Part shown: piece by piece, positions 41,501-54,404 of the stretch
Numbering within the stretch: position 1 is the first letter of the stretch
Layout: the number at the start of each line of letters is the position of its first letter
Assembly (NCBI GenBank): GCA_951406725.2
Contig: OX597814.1
Span: forward strand, 181,040,001 to 181,104,000
Reading direction: 5' to 3'
DNA from: Octopus vulgaris
Lineage: Eukaryota
Length of the DNA stretch: 64,000 nucleotides
Program-made: the position numbers and the translations under genes
Notes under the pieces: model-generated
What the model saw: only the letters and a program-made list of their open reading frames with translations
Databases searched by the model: none
Told to the model about the DNA's origin: nothing

Positions 41501-42258
41501 TGCCAACACAGAAATGTGTCCGGAGAAATATATCCCTGTGACTGCCATACATGTCCAGAGACATATCACTGTGTAGCTAAGATAAAATAGGAAATCAGGC
41601 TACTTTATCCAAGATCCTGGATATTTCACACTATTTGCCTGAATCATTCCAAATATATTCAGATGAAGTTCATACTTCTTGAATTATTTCTTTTGTTGTG
41701 GTTAAGGGCTTCGTTTAAAACCTGACATAGCCAGTACCTCAGCAGATGGTATAGCTCATACTAATTCTAATACCATTACCAAATTTAGCTGATCTTGAAC
41801 CCTTTTGGTACCAATCTGTCTGAGTCTGCATCTGGTCATATAATACAAAACTTCTATTTAAGGGTTCACATTTCAATTAAAAAATTCTCCCATAAGATTG
41901 TCTCAAAGCATTAGCTTAATCCTTTCCATTGTAGGTACAAGACCTGACATTTTGGGAGAGGGGGCTAGTTGATTACATTGATCCCAACACTCAACTTGTA
42001 TTGATTCATCAACCCTGAAATGATGAAAGGCAAATTTGACATTGGCAGAATTTGAACCCACCATGCAAACAATTGATGAAATGCTGTTAAGTATTTTGTC
42101 CAGTATGCTTACAATTCTGCCAATTCACTGCCTTACGTTGGCTTAATAATGAAACATTAGTTATTTTACTAAACCTTTCCAAATTTTTGATTATTTTCCA
42201 AATTGACACCTAGATCTATGCATTTCCAGGAAACTTCTATCATTAATAGGTTAGATCT

Positions 42259-42365
42259 CAGAACTATAGACTGTCCAACCATCTGAGAGTGTTCCTGTTC
42301 TTAGGCAACAGAACTATAGACTGTCCAACCATCTGAGAGTGTTCCTGTTCTTAGGCAACAGAACT
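42259..42365. repeat. Perfect 50-bp tandem duplication
   Basis: cagaactatagactgtccaaccatctgagagtgttcctgttcttaggcaa twice, plus cagaact. Confidence 0.97.
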
Positions 42366-44439
42366 TAATTCATCCCCTAATTTGACACCCCTGACTGACC
42401 TTTGGATGTCTTTACAAGGATTTAGACCATGTCTTCAACTTGGAGATAAGTTCCACCCACCAGTCTTCGAGGATCTGAAAATGTTCATGGATGCCCTTCT
42501 AAATCATTAAAAAAAAATGGTAAGACATCCAACCACAAAACCACTTTGATATTTGGCTTAGTTAATATTGAACCACAAAGACGTCATCCAGATTACAAGA
42601 AAAAATCACATTTACAATCTTCAAGATATTTCTGCTTACTAAAACTGTGGAAAGAAGCATAAAATTCATATCCCAAACCTCGGGTTCATCTGCCTTTATG
42701 CTTTACAATTCCTGGAAGACTACAAGCTGAGGGTACAACTCCTTCTTTCAGACATTCAAAAAAGAAATCCTGCTGGAATTACCTAACCTTTAGTTAGGCT
42801 TCACTGAGTAGACCTTTGATCAAATGGATTGCCATAACCATTCCATCTTTATATATTTAGGATTACTTCATCAATTTGTGCCTATTTTTAAAAGAGTAGG
42901 ATGTTATTTGAAGGAGATCTGGCTGCTATTTTGAGAAACCACTCTATCTTGAAAATGCATCTCATTAAAATTAGTAATGATAAAATGATCATAATCATCA
43001 TCCTACTGATCAACATAATAAATATTATTAAGTGATAATATTAAGCATAATCATTTGAATTTGCATAGTTCACACTCTGAGTCATAGAGCTGTGTGTAGG
43101 GAACAAGAATGAATGTATGAAACTTCCCAAAAGTGCTATACAGAAGTGTAAGTATGGCTATATAAAATAAACACACATTCACAAATGCAGTCCTCCAACT
43201 CAAATGGTCCTGTCAACCCATACCAGCATAGAAGACAGGCATTAAAAGGGGATGACAGCATTATGTATGTGTGTGCGTATATATATATGTATGTAAACAA
43301 CTAGTTTCGGCATATTTGGCATTAGAATATTTTTTCTTTTGCCCTTGTTTATAAGTTGTTTATAAATTTAACCTTTAAAGGTATTTTTTAATATGCTGGC
43401 CATTGATAAAATTTTTTTTTTTCGAAAAAATTTTATCCTATACTAGATATATATATATATATATATACATATATATCAAATAGACACATGGCTTTGTTTG
43501 ACCAGAAGACACTTGCCTAAGGTGCCATGCAGTTTAGATTCAGCCCAATGTGCAGTACTTTGGGCAAGTGTCTTCTATTATATTCATGGAACAACCAAGG
43601 CCTTGCGAGTGAATTTGGTAAATGGAAGAATTCCTTTGGAGGGCATCCAGCCGTAGAAACATTGCCAGATCAGACTGGGTCTGGTGCAGCCTTCTGGCTT
43701 CCCAGACCCCAGTTGAACCGTCCAACCCATGCTAGCATGGAAAGCGGACGCTAAACGATGATGATGATATATATATATATATATATATACTGCATGGTAT
43801 GATTTTCAACAGGTAGTATAGCTCAATCAGTTAAGAGAGTAAAGATATGATAAAAACTATAAAATGTTTTGTGATATACAGCTACTCAATGTTTTCAGAC
43901 CAAAATATTAATTTATTTCACCATTTATTTATCAAGCTAGTAAAAGCAACAAGACAGTTTAGTAATTGCATTAAATGCAATTGATGTTTGAATGTGCACA
44001 TGCATTTAGAAAAAGACAGAGAAACACAGGTGATAATTAACTCCACAGTAAATATAACCAGTGTCTTATGAATATCAAAAATTACATAAACCAACACTGG
44101 AATACTTTATGATGTGTCTGGTAATTTATCCTTAATTTCCATTAAGATGTATTTTGTAAAACGTTGGCTATCTGGCTTATGGTATTTACACAGCCACTGG
44201 AGGTTCTTAAGCATTTTAATAGATACAGTTTTCATGCAAGCATATGGAACATTTTGGCCAATTAATATAAGGATCTTCCATTTGATGTCAAAGCTGGCAC
44301 TCTCATCCTTAAGTTTCCAGATGAATGCTGAGAGGGTTGTTGCATGTCTCTTCTTGGGAGTGTCTTAAGGTTGAAATTTTTTTTTAAACACTAGAAATGT
44401 ACAAAAAATAGACATCCTCATATGTCCAGCTATCTTCTA

Positions 44440-45010
44440 CTTAGAAGTAGTAGATAGCTTCTGCTACCTAGGCGACCAAGTTAGCAGTGGAGGAGGGTGT
44501 TCTGAAAGCATTATTGCTGATATGAATGGGCTGGTCAAACTTCAGAGATCTACTAGCTTTGTTGGTAACAAAATACCTCTCCCTCAGAGTGAAGAGCAAA
44601 ATATATGATGATGTGTACGACTAGCTATGCTGCATGGGCTGTGACTACAGAGGACATACAAAGGCTTGAAAGAGATGAAGCCAGGACGCTCCACTGGGTA
44701 GGCAATATCAGTATGTATGTACCACGGAGTATAAATGATTTAAGAGAAGAATTGGGTAAATAAGGCATCAGATGCAGTGTGCAAGAGAGAAAACTATGCT
44801 GGTATGGTCATGTGATGCATATGGGCGGGGATAGCTGCAAAAAGATGTGTCAATCTCTAATTGCAGAGAGAACCTGTGAAAGGGGTAGATCCAGGAAGGC
44901 ATGGGATGAAGTAGTGAGAAATGATCTTCAGATGCTGAGCCTCACAGAGGAGATAACAAGGGGCTGAGAACTCTTGCAATTTGCTGTGCTTGAGAAAACA
45001 TCAAGCTATG
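44440..45010 (+). mobile_element. RTE-like LINE 3' fragment
   Basis: Similar to 10120-10470. Carries ERKLCWYGHVMHM and RGRSRKAWDEVV motifs. Confidence 0.8.
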
Positions 45011-45688
45011 TAAAATCATGGTAATACATACAAGCATGTCCTTTACGACCATGCCCCCCACTCACACATAATCAGTCCTATGTGAAAACATCCCTACAAC
45101 CCGTCTTCCCAACATTCCCCATCCCACTACCCATGATCACCACCCACTGTAGGCCCTCCACTTTTCTTTACATGCCTATCCATATACTCTCCATGTTCTA
45201 ACATACCTATTTCTTTACTACCCACAAGGGGCTAAACACAGAGAGGACAAACAAGGACAGACAAATGGATTAAGCCGATTATATCAACCCCAGTGTGTAA
45301 CTGGTACTTATTTAATCGACCCCAAAAGGATGAAAGGCAAAGTCGACCTTGGCAGAATTTGAACTCACAACGTAACAGCGGACGAAATGCCCATGCTCTA
45401 ACATACCTACCATATCCTTCTCTCAGCCACTCCATTTTCTCCCATGTCTTCCCATCTCCAAACGTTTTTCCTCACACTCTTATGGAACATCACCCTCTAA
45501 CTCTTCTATACTACATATACTCCCCCACCCTCACTTTCCCTGCAAAAACAAGTCTGTCTGCAGGGAAATATTTACCTTGCTTGGAAACAGGTGAATGTTG
45601 GCAACCAGAAGCACTTTCAGCCATAGAAAATTTGTCTCAGTAAACATCTGACACATGCGAGCATAGAATACTAGACATTATAAAAATT

Positions 45689-45725
<37 letters not shown>

Positions 45726-45731
<6 letters not shown>

Positions 45732-46229
45732 CAATATAAGGAATGGCCCTAATAGGCCATTCGACTCACTAGAAAGAGCAGCCAAACTCAGACTGCTAAA
45801 TAGTTGTAATTCTGAAATTGAAAGAGAAATAAAAACATTTACCCTTTTCATCTCTGGACTATGCATAGTTTCGACAAACTTTGGTAAACAAATTAATTAA
45901 ATTAAATTAAATTTATTTACAACTGGCATGTCTCGTCAGCAGAGAAGCCGAGGACGAGTATATGTCCACGAGGCGACGGCAAAGAAGCCTCCAGTCTATA
46001 TGCTCTAAATTTGCAAAATCCACCGCCACCGCACGGTCTTCTCAGCAGCAAATATAAACTGGTGATTTAATTTCAAAATTAGCCAAAAAATCCTTAATTA
46101 ATAAATATAAGGGTAGCAAAAAAATTCTCCGCTACCAGCAGTCTAGTGAGAAAGAAAAGATAGTCAAAGACTATATAATATACATTCAACAATATAAGGA
46201 ATGGCCCTAATAGGCCATTCGACTCACTA
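45726..46229 (-). mobile_element. Non-autonomous Penelope-like/retrozyme-like element with 46-bp terminal direct repeats
   Basis: Identical repeats at 45726-45771 and 46184-46229 (period 458), internal hammerhead, flanked on both sides by (TA)n. Confidence 0.75.
45851..45945 (-). ncRNA. Type I hammerhead ribozyme, canonical core
   Basis: Minus strand: TCTCTG-CTGACGA-GACA...TGTC-GAAA-CTATGCATAG-TC-CAGAGA. 6-bp stem I, 4-bp (extendable) stem II, palindromic stem III, GUC cleavage triplet. Confidence 0.9.
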
Positions 46230-46232
46230 TAT

Positions 46233-46288
<56 letters not shown>

Positions 46289-46295
46289 CATATGT

Positions 46296-46590
46296 GGAGG
46301 CGCAATGGCCCAGTGGTTAGGGCAGCGGACTCGCAATTGTAGGATCGCGGTTTCAATTCCCAGACCGGGTGTTGTGAGCGTGTTTATTGAGCGAAAACAC
46401 CTAAAGCTCCACAAGGTTCCGGCAGGGGGTGCTGTAGTCTTTCGCCACAACTTTCTCTCACTCTTTCTTCTGTTGGCCTGCTCGCTTAGCCAGCGGGGTG
46501 GCGTCATTTGAAGGCTAAAACAATGCAAAGCACATTGTGACCAGCGATGTGTAGCAACATCTGATAGCCTGGTCGGTCATGGTGATCACA
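46296..46590 (+). mobile_element. tRNA-derived SINE
   Basis: A box tggcccagtgg and B-box-like gtttcaattcc in a tRNA-like head, followed by a non-tRNA body, flanked by microsatellites. Confidence 0.75.
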
Positions 46591-47179
46591 GAATATATAC
46601 ATATATGGTGGTTGTCTATTCCTTATGCAGAGTTTGACCACCTCTTGTATTTATACCTTAGATCTATCATGGCGTCTGATGTAGATTTTTAAACTAGGCA
46701 ATGTTTTGAAAAGACACCCACATAAATTGCATATCTGCTTTGGAAAACCAAGAGCTGCAGTTAAGTTCTCATCTTGTGGATCTTAAAATCTCTTTTGAGG
46801 CCTCCATTAGATTTGCAGACCTCATTGTATACATGGCATTGACATATGAATATGTGATACTAATAACCTGCTATAAGATGTGACGGACTCATAGTTGAGT
46901 GCCTGAGTAATACTTTACAGCTTCATATGGCACTCAGCTATGAGTCCACCACATCCTGTAATAGAAATAGCTGTAAGCTAATGAAGATCATAAGATAATC
47001 ATTTATTCTTTTGTCATTTCTTTGCTCAATAAGAATTTGGGTCGGTAGAGTCAAATGGCACTGAAAACAAGTTTTTTTGCATGATGTAACACTTATGTTC
47101 ATCAATGAAAAACACATCTGAAACAGCTCTAGTGAACCACAATCCATCTGCTGTTTTTCATTTATATATATATATACAC

Positions 47180-47564
47180 TTTACTCTTTTACTTGTTTCA
47201 GTCATTTGACTATGGCCATGCTGGAGCACCACCTCTAGTCAAGCAAATCGACCCCAGGACTTATTCTTTGTAAGCCTAGTACTTATTCTATCGGTCTCTT
47301 TTGCCGAACTGCTAAGTTACGGGGATGTAAACACACCAGCATCGGTTGTCAAGTGATGTTGGGGGGGGGGACAAACACATACGCACATATATATACATAT
47401 ATACGACGGGCGTCTTTCAGTTTCCATCTACCAAATCCACTCACAAGGCTTTGGTCGGCCCAAGGCTACAGTAGAATACACTTGCCCAAAGTGCCACGCA
47501 GTAGGACTGAACCCAGAACCATGTGGTTCGTAAGCAAGCTACTTACCACACAGCCACTCCGACA

Positions 47565-47565
<1 letters not shown>
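47180..47565 (-). mobile_element. SINE (second family)
   Basis: Minus-strand tRNA-like head (gtggtaag...ggttcagtcc). Related copies at ~52340-52735, 63310-63590 and 40320-40480. Confidence 0.8.

Positions 47566-47566
<1 letters not shown>

Positions 47567-47656
<90 letters not shown>
47567..47656. repeat. (TA)n microsatellite, representative of dozens in the window
   Basis: Direct reading. Similar TA/TG-mixed arrays at 3347-3387, 7290-7540, 7900-8180, 10880-11055, 33890-34050 and 52080-52127. Confidence 0.97.
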
Positions 47657-47659
<3 letters not shown>

Positions 47660-48359
47660 GGCTGATGCCAGTGTCATGTAACTGGAAACCATGCTGGTGA
47701 CACATAAAAAGCACCTTTCGAGTGTTGTGCCTCACGGAGGCAATGTGGCCAATGATGGTGTCGCATAACTAGCACCTGTGCCAGTGGCACATTAAAGGCA
47801 CCTTTCAAACATTGGGCCTCACAGAGGCAATGACAAATGACCAAGACCCTTAGTAATATGCCATGCTTGAGTAGAAGACCCGTCAAGCCAAATAAAATCA
47901 TAGTCATGGAAGATACCGGTGTCACGCACCTGGCACCTGTGTCAGTGACACATAAAAGCAACCATTACACTCTCAGAGTGGTTGGTGTTAGGAAGGGCAT
48001 CCAGTTGTAGAAACCATGCCAAATCAGAATGGAGTCTGGTGCAGCCCCTCAGCTTGCCAGCCCTGGTCAAACCGTCCAACCCATGCCACCATGGACAGAC
48101 GTTAAATGATGATGAAGATATATATATATATATATATAATCAAAATAAAAATCAAATGGAAATTGTAGTTGTGATACCCGTGTCGGTGGCACGTAAAAAG
48201 CACCCACTACACACAGAGTGGTTGGCGTTAGGAAGGGCATCCAGCTGTAGAAACACTGCCAGATCAGACTGGAGCCTGATGCAGCCTCCTGGCTTCCCAG
48301 ACCCCAGCCGAACCGTCCAACCCATGCTAGCATGGAAAACGGACATTAAACGATGATGA

Positions 48360-48365
<6 letters not shown>
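47655..48365 (+). mobile_element. Tandem retroposon tails ending in (GAT)n
   Basis: Shared gagtggttggcgttaggaagggcatccag...catggaaa...ttaaacgatgatgat. Other copies at ~31790-32015, 43630-43770, 52955-53305, 58980-59150 (-), 60060-60357 and 13400-13600 (-). Confidence 0.85.
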
Positions 48366-48401
<36 letters not shown>

Positions 48402-48680
48402 CTCATAAGAGAGTAGATGTTTATTCCATTCATTTCCATTTACAGTTGTTTCATAATCTAGTTAGATATATAATAGATGTCACATCAACATTAATCTTCA
48501 TTTAAAATATCCGCATGAGCAACAACGCAACTTTCCATGAGCACATTACTCAGGTGGCAACACTATGCAGGCAGGTGGCAGGACCAGGGACAGAGACATA
48601 AGACTTCTGCTTTAGAGAACCTTTGTCTTCAGTCATCTGGACTACTGCTCCCAACTGTGGTCTCCACAGAGCATAATATC

Positions 48681-49636
48681 TGTAAGAACGACTGTGCACA
48701 GGAGAGGTGACTAATGAATGACTCCTTTAAAACACCACATGGTCGCTTACAATAATTACGAAACAAATAAATGAGTATGAGTGCCAGAAGGAAACGAAAG
48801 ACACAACCGATAGAAGGTTTAAGAGAAGATTTTATTTAGGTGTTAACATGTGTCTGTCTGTGTGTGCATCATATGTACATATATAAATAATAACAATAGA
48901 CAGGCCATCATGTATACATAATGTGTATGTGTGTACAAACAAGGGTGTATGCATGTGAGATAAAATACAGAGCATGGAAAGAGTCTATAACGGGTTATTT
49001 ATCTTCCTTGGGTCTGAACATTCTAATACCAGTTCGTAGTAAGGTACACAATAGTTGAAGTGCTGTAACAAGAAGTTGTGGGGAAGGAGCAGAGCCGGTT
49101 GAAGCACATTTCGTGTAAGAAGTTGTGGCTACTATGCCGCTGCCGGTCACTTGATACAGGAAGATCTCGCAGGTTGTATTTGCTGTTAACCTTGGTGAAG
49201 TAATTCACAAAGAGTGAGGAGATAGAACCTGGCGACAGTTGCTGTGTATGTAGTGATGTGGTTGGTGACATTAAGAAGACAGAGGTGACGGAGATGGAGG
49301 TCCTGTATGCTGCTGGACGAAGTGTTGATGTTTCTCCATGTGGGCTGTTGTTATCTGTTGTCACTGGAACTGGCTATGTGCTCTGTGGTTAGACCTTTGA
49401 AGGTCTAGAACCAAAAGATGAAATATTGTGTTGAAACTAGCTTTTTATAGTGAACTATAGGCTCACCAGAATGTTTGGAAGAGACTGTGTCACAGGACCT
49501 TATCAGAAAGTTGCGATTGGTTGGGTTGCATATTGGCGCACAATAGAGCAAGAGACAAATTGCATCAATACCAACCAATCAGAGTAGTGGACACAACAGG
49601 GTCCAAGCGGCCGAAGGCTAGCTGTTATCTGCTACG
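48681..49636 (-). mobile_element. Possible solo LTR
   Basis: On the minus strand, CCAAT, TATAAAA (near 49445) and AATAAA (near 48835) occur in LTR order, with TGT at the left end. No clean TSD found. Confidence 0.4.
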
Positions 49637-49679
49637 TCTATGCTTATGTATATATAACAGAGAGAGAGAATTTCACTAA

Positions 49680-50210
49680 GCATCCGCTACAAACTAATTA
49701 TGGAACTAGAGGTAATCCAACGCCACTACACAAAGAAGATAGACTCAGTAAAACACATGGGCTACTGAGAGAGGTTAAAGGAACTGGGACTCTATTCCCT
49801 GGAGAGGAGACGTGAGAGATATCCAGTGCTATACATATGGAAAATAATGGTGGATCTAGCTCCAAATTTTGGAATCAAAATCTACAACAATCCCTGAATT
49901 GAGCAGCACTGAACAGTAACAAAGGTCCCATCTTCTCTATTGAGGATACAAACCCAATATTGTAATAGCTTGGGATTCAAGGGACCATAACTTTTTAATG
50001 CCCGACCCACAGTACATCAGGGATCGGTGAGGTGTAGATATGGATATCTTCAAAAAGGTCTAGACAGTTTTTTATCTGCAATTCCCGATGAACCCTAATC
50101 GTGGCAGGAAGCACAAAGAAGAGCAGCAATACTGGAAAAATCCCTGGATGCAGTAAAGGTGGTGCACCAGCATGGCCTCAGCCTCTGGCTGAAACCCATA
50201 AAGATAAAAG
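49680..50210 (+). mobile_element. Decayed LINE 3' fragment
   Basis: Degenerate ERLKELGLYSLERRRERY motif with stops. Confidence 0.7.
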
Positions 50211-50587
50211 ATGTGTGTGTGTGTGTGTATACCCATATATATATAAGGTTGCTGAGAAGGGTCTGACCAGGACGTTTTCAGTCATTTTAGGCTACATCGT
50301 TGAATTCCATGTATGATCCATCCAATGGGCTTCCATACAATTTCCCAATTTCATCAAAAATCTTTCATCAACACAAGACATTTTCACAACATGTCATGAA
50401 TTTACAGTGCAACATTCTTAACTTTACCATTCAATATCATACTGCACAGACACAGACAGACACACACACACACATACAGGTACATACATACAATTTGCAC
50501 TGCATGACACTTCTTTCGGCTGTAGACTAGAGATCACAAATATTTCAGCACTTTCCATGAGCAACTAAATAAATAAATTAATTAATA

Positions 50588-50650
50588 ATTTAATTTAATG
50601 TATATAGATGAAATTATAGTATTTAGTTTTCACTTAATGTATATTTTGTA

Positions 50651-50705
<55 letters not shown>

Positions 50706-50800
50706 GTATATATATATATATATATATATAAATAAAATACAAAATATACATTAAGTGAAAACTAAATACTATAATTTCATCTATATACATTAAATTAAAT
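50588..50800. repeat. AT-rich inverted repeat with (TA)n centre
   Basis: ~65-bp arms (atttaatttaatgtatatagatgaaattatagtatttagttttcacttaatgtatattttgtat and its reverse complement) around a TA microsatellite. Confidence 0.85.
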
Positions 50801-51630
50801 CAAGAGGACAGATCCTGATGTCTACAACTCTTTCCTGCAATCAGACCTAGACACAATGCAGCAATGGATCACAGACTGGCAACTGAAACTGGCTGTGGAC
50901 AAGTGTACCACCATGCATTTTGGGAGAAAAAACCCTGCGTTCACATACTCCCTCCACAACACTGATATCAAGAAATCCTCTTGCGAGCGTGACCTAGGCA
51001 TCACTGTCAGCAGTGATTTGCGTTGGTCAAAGCATATCTCTAAGATTGTCAGGAAGGCCGAGGGTGTCTTGGCATCACTCAGCAGGTCTTTTGTTAGCCG
51101 CTCTCCAGCCATCTATTTAAAACTGTATACAGCTATGGTACGACCACACTTGGAATTCGCATCATCAGTTTGGAACCCCTATCTTGCACAGAACATTGAC
51201 CTCCTGGAATCTGTCCAGAGACGTGCAACCAAACGCATACCCTCCATCAGACACCTACCATATTCTGAGCGCCTTGTTTCCCTGGGCATGGATTCACTGA
51301 AGCTCCGGCGTTTGGCGACGGACTTGGTAAACACCCACAAAGTTATCAACCACCTCACCAACAACAACACTGAACACCTTTTTGATCTCCATGTGTCTAA
51401 CACACGTGGACATGCCTACAAAGTCAGAAAACAATACAGCTCCCATGACTTTCGGAAACATTTTTTCACGCTCAGAGTTGCTGAAGCATGGAATAAACTG
51501 CCTGCGTCAGTTGTTGACTGCCATGACACTGCATCTTTTAAGGCCCTCATGCTTTCCGAAATCCGCCGAAACTACACCTGATTATATATACACTTTAGAT
51601 GAGTTGTAGTGCACCTGAGCACTGTACACA

Positions 51631-51660
<30 letters not shown>
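50801..51660 (+). mobile_element. 5'-truncated CR1/L2-group LINE with intact ORF2 C-terminus and (TTA)n tail
   Basis: 241-aa ORF with ERDLGI, LYTAMVRPHLEFASSVWNPY, LESVQRRATK and FFTLRVAEAWNKLP. Short 3' UTR hairpin then microsatellite tail. Confidence 0.92.
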
Positions 51661-51669
<9 letters not shown>

Positions 51670-51821
51670 TTTGTTTTAAATATTTTAATTAATTGTATCT
51701 TATTTTTTATTCTATTTTTTATTTACACAAGAATATATTTGTTAAGATATTTCATATTTTACAAGATTATTTACGTATATTTATTAATTTATCTAATTAA
51801 TTATTTTATTGTTTTTATCTT

Positions 51822-51916
51822 TAACCTGAAGAGTGGGTATATTTATATTGAAGTAATTTTACTATTATTATTACTATTATAATTTCTTAAATATAGCCAC
51901 GAAACACGTGTCGTTA
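51822..51916 (+). ncRNA. Type I hammerhead ribozyme, canonical core
   Basis: TAAC-CTGAAGA-GTGGgTATATTTA...TAAATATAgCCAC-GAAA-CACGTG-TC-GTTA. 4-bp stem I, long stem II, palindromic stem III ACACGTGT, GUC triplet. Confidence 0.85.
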
Positions 51917-52075
51917 TTCTACTAAATATATACGTTTTATTTACTATTTTGCACATTACTTAATCATTGTTATATGTTTTATCTTATATTTAATCTTTCT
52001 ATAATATGTAATTTTTCTAAATGGTATAATTTGATTTTTCATTAATGAATTGATAAAAGGTGATTTTTTTTTCTA

Positions 52076-52134
<59 letters not shown>

Positions 52135-52202
52135 TTTGTGAAATTTGATTTAGTATTTGTAAATTGAATTTTTCCCTGTAAGTTTGGAATAATATTCCCT
52201 CA

Positions 52203-52239
<37 letters not shown>

Positions 52240-52243
52240 AAAT

Positions 52244-52276
<33 letters not shown>

Positions 52277-52916
52277 TAGATAGATAGATAAAGGTAAGAT
52301 CCAAGGATCAAGGTAGAAAGTGAACTTCAAACTAGTCTTTTATTCTTTTATTTGTTTCAGTCATTTGACTGTGGCCATGCTGGAGTACTGCTTTCAATAA
52401 TTTTAATCAAACAAATCAACCCCAGGACTTATCTTTTTTAAGCTTAGTACTTATTCTATTGGTATCTTTCACCGAAATGCTAAGTTACAAGGACATAAGC
52501 ACACCAACACCAGTTGTGAAATGGTAATAGGGGGAACAAACACAGACACAAAAATATACACACATAGCTACATACATATATACACAATAGGTTTCTTTCT
52601 GCTTCCATCTACCAAATCTACTCACAAGGCTTCGGTTGGCCCGAGGCTATAGTAGAAGACACTTGTCCAAGGCACCACACAATGGGACTGAACCTGAAAC
52701 CATGTGGTTGGGAAACAAGCTTCTTACCACACAGAAAATATTTAAAAAAAAACAAATTTCAGGAGTAGTGGTTTGTTGATGTGGAAGGTGGTGAAAGTTT
52801 TCCTGTATCGAAGTATGATAAGATGAAAAAAATATTTTATAGTTCACAGTTGGCAACCAGGGTTACTGGATTTGCAAATAAAAGTCCAAATACTCCATTC
52901 CTTAACCTTTGGACAG

Positions 52917-52954
<38 letters not shown>

Positions 52955-54129
52955 TGGCCGTAGCCCGTAACACATCAAGTGGCCTCCGTGCTGTGGGCAC
53001 GTAACAAACACCATCCGATCGTGGCCATTCGCCATCCTCGTCTGGCACCCGTGTCGGTGGACACATAAAAAACACCATCCGAGCATGGCCGTTTGCCAGC
53101 CTCGTCTGGCACCCGTGTCGGTGGCACATAAAAAACACCCACTACACTCACGGAGTGGTTGGCGTTAGGAAGGGCATCCAGCTGTAGAAACACTGCCAGA
53201 TCTGACTGGCCTGGTGCAGCCTTCGAGCTTCCCAGACCCCAGTTGAACCGTCCAACCCATGCTAGCATGGAAAGCGGACGTTAAACGATGATGATGATGA
53301 TGATATATATATATATTTATATATATACATTTCCATACATACATATATGAATGCTTATCTAAGTATGTATGTATGTATGTATGTATATGTGTGTGTGTGT
53401 GTATGTATATGTATGTAGATATGTTGGATAGATAGAACACAAAACATGAGTCTATATAATTCTTTTCTTACGATGTCAGCAGAATAAGTGTATATATATA
53501 TATATTAGAAGGTTTGGAGGTGATGTACAGGTATTTTATATTAGAAGCAATGAGATACTCCGAATTTCTAAGTACCTCATTTCTTCTAATATATATATAT
53601 ATATATTATCTTTTTTTAATTTTCATTCAACCCTTTGAGCCACTTTGCAACATCTGCTGATTAGTAACTAAAAATAAAAATGTGTGTGTGTGTGTGTGTG
53701 TAGATCAAAAAAGTTAAGTATTATGAATCCCTTTCAGCCCGACGTTACCAACCGGTTTCGCACTGGGTGTTAAGATTACTGAATATTAAATAACAGCGCG
53801 GTTAACTGACACACGCGCGCGCATACATTATCAGTGTACGTTCACAAAAAGATCCTGTGATTCAACAACAAATACAGTTACCACGCAATGGGGATAATAA
53901 GGGGAAATAATTTCACTACGTCATTGCCAGAGTTATGTCCCTTATACCATATTTTCTTATTCCCACATACACACACGCAAATGATAGACACGAACTACCA
54001 GCAAACGCTTAGAATACATGTAAATTTTCACCCAATCCATATAGAACTCGGCAGTGACTTTCTACAAAGCAAATAAACATGTAAGAAAATGTTAACTGAT
54101 CATATTATTCGTTAATGTTGTCAAACATT

Positions 54130-54395
54130 AACGCTAGGAGTTGCTGAAGTATGGAACAGACTGTCGGCATCAGTTGTTAGCTGTCGGAGCACTGCATCCT
54201 TCAAAACTTCCATACTTCCTGAGATTCGTCAACACTACACCTGATTTTCTCCCCTCCATACACACGCAAGCATGTATCTGACTCATACACTGTTCACTTT
54301 CCAGACATTTGTACATTACTGCATATACTTTATATGCACTTTTGACAAGTTGTGGTGCATCTGAGCACTGTATACAATAATTTCATTATTATTAT
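54130..54395 (+). mobile_element. Short 3' fragment of the same CR1/L2-group LINE family
   Basis: Matches 51470-51580 and shares the tail gtgcatctgagcactgtatacaat. Confidence 0.8.
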
Positions 54396-54404
54396 CATTT
54401 AAAA

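Noticed and set aside
46296-46375. tRNA-like sequence
   Set aside because: No complete cloverleaf or poly-T terminator; it continues into a SINE body.
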